Shown: piece by piece, positions 30,178 to 35,407 of the stretch
Layout of the letters: every line of letters begins with the position of its first letter
Position numbering within the stretch: the stretch's first letter is position 1
From: Didymodactylos carnosus
Taxonomy: Eukaryota
Assembly: GCA_905250885.1 (NCBI GenBank)
Contig: CAJNOQ010001136.1
Location: 1-35,407 of the forward strand
Reading direction: 5' to 3'
Length of the DNA: 35,407 nt
Made by a program: the position numbers and the translations under genes
Notes under the pieces: generated by a model
What the model was told of the DNA's origin: nothing
The model's database searches: none
Seen by the model: only the letters and a program-made list of their open reading frames with translations

Positions 30178-31627
30178 CGTCTAATTTATGTTACTGAAAT
30201 GAAAAAACAAAAGAAAAAGTATTTTTTACCGTTGAGCGCTACAAATTAAATTTCAGCAAAATCTATACTTGAAAAAGTTTTAAATTTCGTTTTCGTTCAA
30301 CCAAAATGGATTTGGGGCAATTTTTGCCATTAAGTGGAAATTTTGAAGAATATCATTTTTACCTATCACTTTGGTATCCGTATAAACATCTAACGCAGTT
30401 TAATCTGGTTTCGTAATATTCACAATGACAACTATAAACATTGTTCAGTTATGCTCAGTTCAGTCTATAACTTACTATCCGAACTGCAGTGAGTAATTCA
30501 CCTGAGCAGTTACGAGAAGATGATATAAGTTTTTTAGCTCTAGCTAAAAGTGCTTACTATTCAGCATTATAAAGTCTCTTAAGCCTTAAGTGATATTCTA
30601 TAAATGTGTAGCAGATATTACTCTCTCAAAGATTTCGGTAAGGTAGAAAAGGTTCCACATTATCATACTAACCTAAATGAATACAAAAAACTTGTCGTTG
30701 CACTGGTCTTATAAATCAAACTCACACCAAATGAAAGCTCAATGAATAAAAACGACGTGTTTTTTTTCGGGGTAAGAGAGAGAAAAAAAATACTTCGCTT
30801 TCAACTGGTTGTGAAATTTGTTTTCACCACTAGACAAAAACATGAGAAATATAGAGAAAGAAAAATGATAGAATCATTTTTTTTCTATGTTTACTATATT
30901 AATCATATTCTTTTCTCCTACATAGAAAAATAGATTTTTTACTTACTAGGTAAAAAAGCTGAATACGGTCAGAGTGACAATATGTACGATATATATTAAC
31001 GGTATATAGACAGACAATATCTCGCTTTTTCTCACTCGTTTTCTATCCAAAAAGGGACCGAAAAAAAATAGTGGATATAGAGGAAACCAAAAGGGGTATT
31101 CTTTCAATACTTTTACTCTCGTGTTGAAATTCTTACAAAATCATATGAAATTCTTACTGTTATAGATAAAGGAACCTTATGAGATCTCTTTTTCTCTAGT
31201 TACGGACAACTACAACACTTAACGTATTACAATTTATTGTGAAATAAGCGTAATTTGTTTCGTTCTGCTGTTTATGATTTCAACAACGGAATGAAATCCT
31301 ATGGACTTTATGAAATTCGAGTTTGAAGCAGCGCTACATCTAAGAGGAAAACTTGCTTTTAATCCAAAACAGTTAAAGACTTGCAGCTAAAAGAACACTT
31401 AAACAAATCAATTTAAAAGTCACTTGCCAATGCAGATCTGAGCGTGTAAAAAGCACAATAAGAAGAAATATGTTACATTTTAACAACCAGTGAATGATTT
31501 TGGTCAAATATAAAAAAGAATTCTAACAATCGTTCGCATTCATTTCGGAAAAATTGGATATGTCTCTAAATCAAAACACTTCTGGGTCAACTATCACGCG
31601 CTGGAAAAACTAACGAGTGTTCGGCTT

Positions 31628-32050
31628 GTCCAAACGTAACGCTGTTACGTTTTTGACACACTTTTTCTCAATTATGTCGGAAAGTTTGAGAGCTAGAAAG
31701 TTCGTTCAAACGCCATTCGACGCAGCTCATCATACTCTATGTATGCTGAGACGAACGAAACGAAGTTTTTTGGTTGAAGTCTGGAGCTTCGAAAAAGGCT
31801 TTTTCATCGCGTAAGGCTGTTACATAAAACGACCCTAAATTCGGAGTGCTCTTGCTAAAGTTCTAATTTCCTCCGACAGTTGTTTTCCAAATGAAATGCT
31901 CCTAGAGCAAATTTTGTAGAGCATCAAACGAGCTTTTCAGCAGTAAAAAAATTTTTCTTCTAACTATTTTTACTCGCGTAAAAAAAGCAAAAAACAAACG
32001 TAACAGCGTTACGTTTTCCGCAACGCTGTTACACATCTTTTTGTCACACC
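31628..32050. mobile_element. Small (~420 bp) TIR/MITE-like element whose ends are built around the self-palindrome AAACGTAACGCTGTTACGTTT
   Basis: 31631-31654 caaacgtaacgctgttacgttttt and 31996-32019 caaacgtaacagcgttacgttttc, with flanking ttgacacac / ttgtcacacc. ORF 31617-31814 inside has no coding support. Confidence 0.45.
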
Positions 32051-32499
32051 ATTTTAGGGTACTCAACGTTCTTCAAACAACTTCATACTTATGGCTTGAG
32101 TACTTCTAGCCTTCCTGAAGATACTCCACTTGCAAACAAAGTTCCAAAAGGTGCTGCGGGCTTTTAAATCGAGTCGGGAGTTCAAACTTGTTGGCAGCCC
32201 TTGTACCTCGACTGAGAAATATTTCTCAAAACAAAATGAGCTATTTTCTAGAGAATTGAATTCTCTATTCGACAGTATATTTTTAAAATTATTTTATGAA
32301 AATCTCCAGGTCAGAAAATTAAAATTAAAGATTTCAAAAATTTTAAATTGAAATTTTTTAATTGAAAAGTCAGTTCTTTTTCAAAATAAAGGCCGAATTC
32401 GTGATCAGCATGAAAAACTACGTCTGGTGATGGGCTCCTATCGATTTCCCGATGAAAAAGAAAAAAACTTGATCAGCGAAGTATCGCTTTACGTGGATA

Positions 32500-33390
32500 A
32501 GCCGTGTTACAGAAAGAATGGCGTAGTTTTTATTTTCAGTTTTTCTCCTCTTCCTTTGAACTCACAGAGCTCATTTTATTACCAAAAGATTCTCCATTCA
32601 TTTCTCTACCAAATGGTGTATAGAAGACGATCCTAAGGTTTGAGACACTGTCTTAATTGAACAAACATCGAAATGTCTGTAAAACTTAAAAATTTTTTCC
32701 GATGATAGTTTTGAAGTTTGAACTTCATTTTGAAAGTGATTGGAAGAAGATAGCACATCATTTCTTAGGACGTTTAGATGTCCTCTTTCAGATGGCGCAA
32801 GACTCATTTTCTTCTCATCAGTATAATGTGGTAAAAATGACTAGTTAATAACTGGAAGCCATTACTAAACAAAATGCGCTAGTTTCAACATCGCCATTAT
32901 TCAGAAAAGTTACATCAAAGGTTTCGCACATGAGTCGAGTAGACCAAACATTTGTCTTCAAATGACGCAAGAATGTGCTTGATTGGTTCAGTTTTGTCTG
33001 AGCAATATTCATTTTACAAATAGCCCTAAAATGCAGGTTGAAAAAGCTGAAAAAACGGTCATAGGGCTTTTACAAAAATCATTACTGAAAACAGAGAAAT
33101 AACTGTTGAATATCCGCAATCGGTAGAGAATTTTAAGAGCTACATTTTGTCCTACTTGCTCCAGACACAACGCATACGTTCAACTTTATACTGATAAAAT
33201 ACACTTTTTTATGTTTTAAGTTTTTCGGACATTTCGATGTTTGTTCAGTTAAGACAGCGTCTCAAACCTTAGGATCATCTTCTATACAGCATTTTGTAGA
33301 GAAATGAATGGGGAATCTTTTGGTAATAAGATGAACTCTCTGAATTCAAAGGAAGAAGAGAAAAACTGAAAATAAAAATCACGTCATTCT
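32500..33390. mobile_element. ~890-bp nonautonomous element with ~190-bp TIRs (~90% identity)
   Basis: 32526-32695 TTTTTATTTTCAGTTTTTCTCCTCTTCCTTTGAACTCACAGAGCTCATTTTATTACCAAAAGATTCTCCATTCATTTCTCTACCAAATGGTGTATAGAAGACGATCCTAAGGTTTGAGACACTGTCTTAATTGAACAAACATCGAAATGTC... versus rc(33190-33385). The extension CGTTACAGAAAGAATG is shared at both outer ends. Confidence 0.75.
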
Positions 33391-35407
33391 TTCTGTAACG
33401 CCCGTTAGTTCGGTTTTTTGCAACAGCCATCACTGTGTTCTGTGCATCATTCAATAATTTAGGCTGAAATTTTCATCATGATCTATTCAATATACAGCAT
33501 GCAACTTTTAAACATTCCATTCAAATCGGATGCACCGTGCAGGAAATATAACTTTTGTATGGAGGTGTGTACCCATCCATAGTGTGCATTTTTCAACAGT
33601 TGGTAAATGGAACATCAGAATTTTTTGCTCGTAAACTATTTTTTCATGGCTAATTATAAAAAAAAAAATCACGTTTTCAAAAAATCGACTTTCTTTACAA
33701 GTTCATGAGAAAAAATTTTGATGAATATTTTCTCTATCCAAAACTTATTGTGTTATATACAGCTCGATGCAATTCGAAGCGCCATTTCCGAATATGTCAT
33801 TGTTATCGAGAACAAACGCTATATTCTGGAGGTTTCCACGGAAGCTTCAGCAGTCCCAGAGCTCCCTGTAAAATTCGACCCTCTGGCCTAACCAGAACGC
33901 ACGAAGATCTTTTTCTTTCGTGGGTTTGTTGCTATCATTTGTGTTGTTGCTATCACTGTTTTAGACATAGGGATCGTCGAAAACACACTAGTGGAATTAG
34001 CAGATTTTATTTATTTTCGTTCAATAGTTATTCACAAAATAGCCAAGAGAATTGTTCTTTTAATTCGATACTAGATGAAAGAAATATTTTATGCCATTCG
34101 ACAGCGAATGTCTTGAAGTCTATTTTTCTTTATCTGAATCTACATCAAGTTCACTTTTGATTTTTTGTCAAATGTCCCCATGAATGCATGTTGTGTCGCC
34201 AGGTGAGACCATCTGCACTTCTTAACCCGGTGGTTATTGAGCGTCGAGACGGCTAGTGTGTCCCATTCTTGAAGATCCTATCATCATTCTTTCGCTACTT
34301 TATTTCATTTCATTCATTTACTCTTTCTTCCATTTTCTTCGGAAGGGAAATAGAAACCATTATCACAAAAAAAGAATACAAAACCGACAAAAAACCTAGT
34401 TTTTTACAACCGAGTTGGTTACATTGTAAGGGTATATCCTCTTTTGAGAAAAGATTCTCATTTTTAGTTAAACATGGTGCATGTATGATGGAGTGAAGTG
34501 ACTTCTACAATGTAAACTCCCAGCTTCCGACGACTTTTCGCTGAGATGATATGAAATTTTTATGATTTTTCACTTTACATTGAAAAAACTTTTTTGATTT
34601 TTTACATTCTGAGATATCTTCCCAGGTATGTGCGTTGAAATTTTAAAACCATGGCGCTAGTTTAATAAGCAATCAAATATTATGACGGCGATGAATTTGC
34701 CATGCACAGTATTGTAACCGTTACTTTTTAACGATGTAAAAATATCAGACTATATGTCGGTTAAAATAGTTTTTTAAAACCATTAACTGAAAAAAATCAC
34801 AAATTTTAATACTCTCACTGGGCTAAGCGCTACTGGCTTTTTCTATTAGCAGCATTATTGCTCAAAAGAACAATCGTCATATTTTTTCGGTATCGTGTCA
34901 CTAGCTGACAGTCAATTGCAATAGATTCACTTCAGTAATCAATAACAATAACTCTAAATTGAATCATTTAAAAAAATCTACAACATTCGTCTTCTGAATA
35001 AGTATTGCTGGAAAACACTTTTTATTTTACCAAGAGGTGAGAAGATTAGAAGAAATATTTGAAATGTGTTAATGCTATCTATCCGCACGTACCAATCGCT
35101 ATGGCATAGCTACCATTACACATCTAACGTAATGCGTGACGTTTTTTCTTTTTGTTGACATTCTGTCTCTACCTATGTCTTTTTATCCAATAAACAACAA
35201 AAAAATTGGCCAAAATAAATGAATGAAAAATTTGTTTGTTGATTATAATTTTTTCACACAACAAAAAAGAAGACAAGAAACCACGCGCAAGACTAAAGAA
35301 AAACGATAATTTTTTATGTATGTGCGCATACAAATTAAAAATAGAAGAAATTTTTGGGGTTCACTTCGGTGCACGGAAACGAGGATCTAAGGGTTTTGCT
35401 ACGCATG

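Noticed and set aside
33705-34496. ORFs 33705-34160 and 34269-34496 (+)
   Set aside because: Cys/His/Phe-biased translations with no motif and no flanking splice logic. No support.

Overview
This is an AT-rich (~35% GC) eukaryotic window with compact genes split by many short (55-190 bp) GT-AG introns. It is not a prokaryotic locus. The ORF track is only partly useful here: real genes are cut into many short exons, and several of its 'M' starts are non-ATG codons, for example TTG at 5444 and GTG at 3801. I found four protein-coding genes by reading the exons myself.

(1) 3205-5405, minus strand: a Disabled/Dab-like PTB-domain endocytic adaptor. Its C-terminal region is Q/P-rich and carries DPF-like and FxDxF-like motifs.
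(2) 11152-12508, minus strand: a four-exon gene for a proline-repeat protein with a methionine/glutamine/glycine-rich low-complexity tail.
(3) 20121-23931, plus strand: a 15-exon major vault protein (MVP) gene, called MVP-A here, about 855 aa.
(4) 26783-30177, minus strand: a second MVP paralog in 10 exons, called MVP-B here, about 872 aa.

The two MVP genes sit tail-to-tail 2.85 kb apart. They are roughly 65% identical at the N-terminus but differ in most intron positions. This is the most notable feature of the window: an old, convergently arranged duplication of the vault shell protein.

The rest of the window is packed with nonautonomous mobile-element and foldback DNA.
- A ~3.9 kb element with ~428-bp terminal inverted repeats (6709-10598). 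Its non-coding interior is made of nested palindromes, a small MITE and a 10-bp minisatellite.
- A decayed reverse-transcriptase retroelement fragment (15401-~16960; YIDDIL box, possibly Penelope-like) carrying a nested 728-bp MITE with 47-bp TIRs.
- A degenerate second copy of that MITE between the two MVP genes.
- A 346-bp near-perfect palindrome (17641-17986).
- A foldback rich in GGATCC motifs (13321-13660).
- Two further TIR elements at 31628-32050 and 32500-33390.

I found no rRNA, tRNA or CRISPR features. Judging by compact introns, a Dab-type adaptor and MVP, the source looks like a small-intron invertebrate genome (rotifer- or flatworm-like), but the species cannot be determined from sequence alone.
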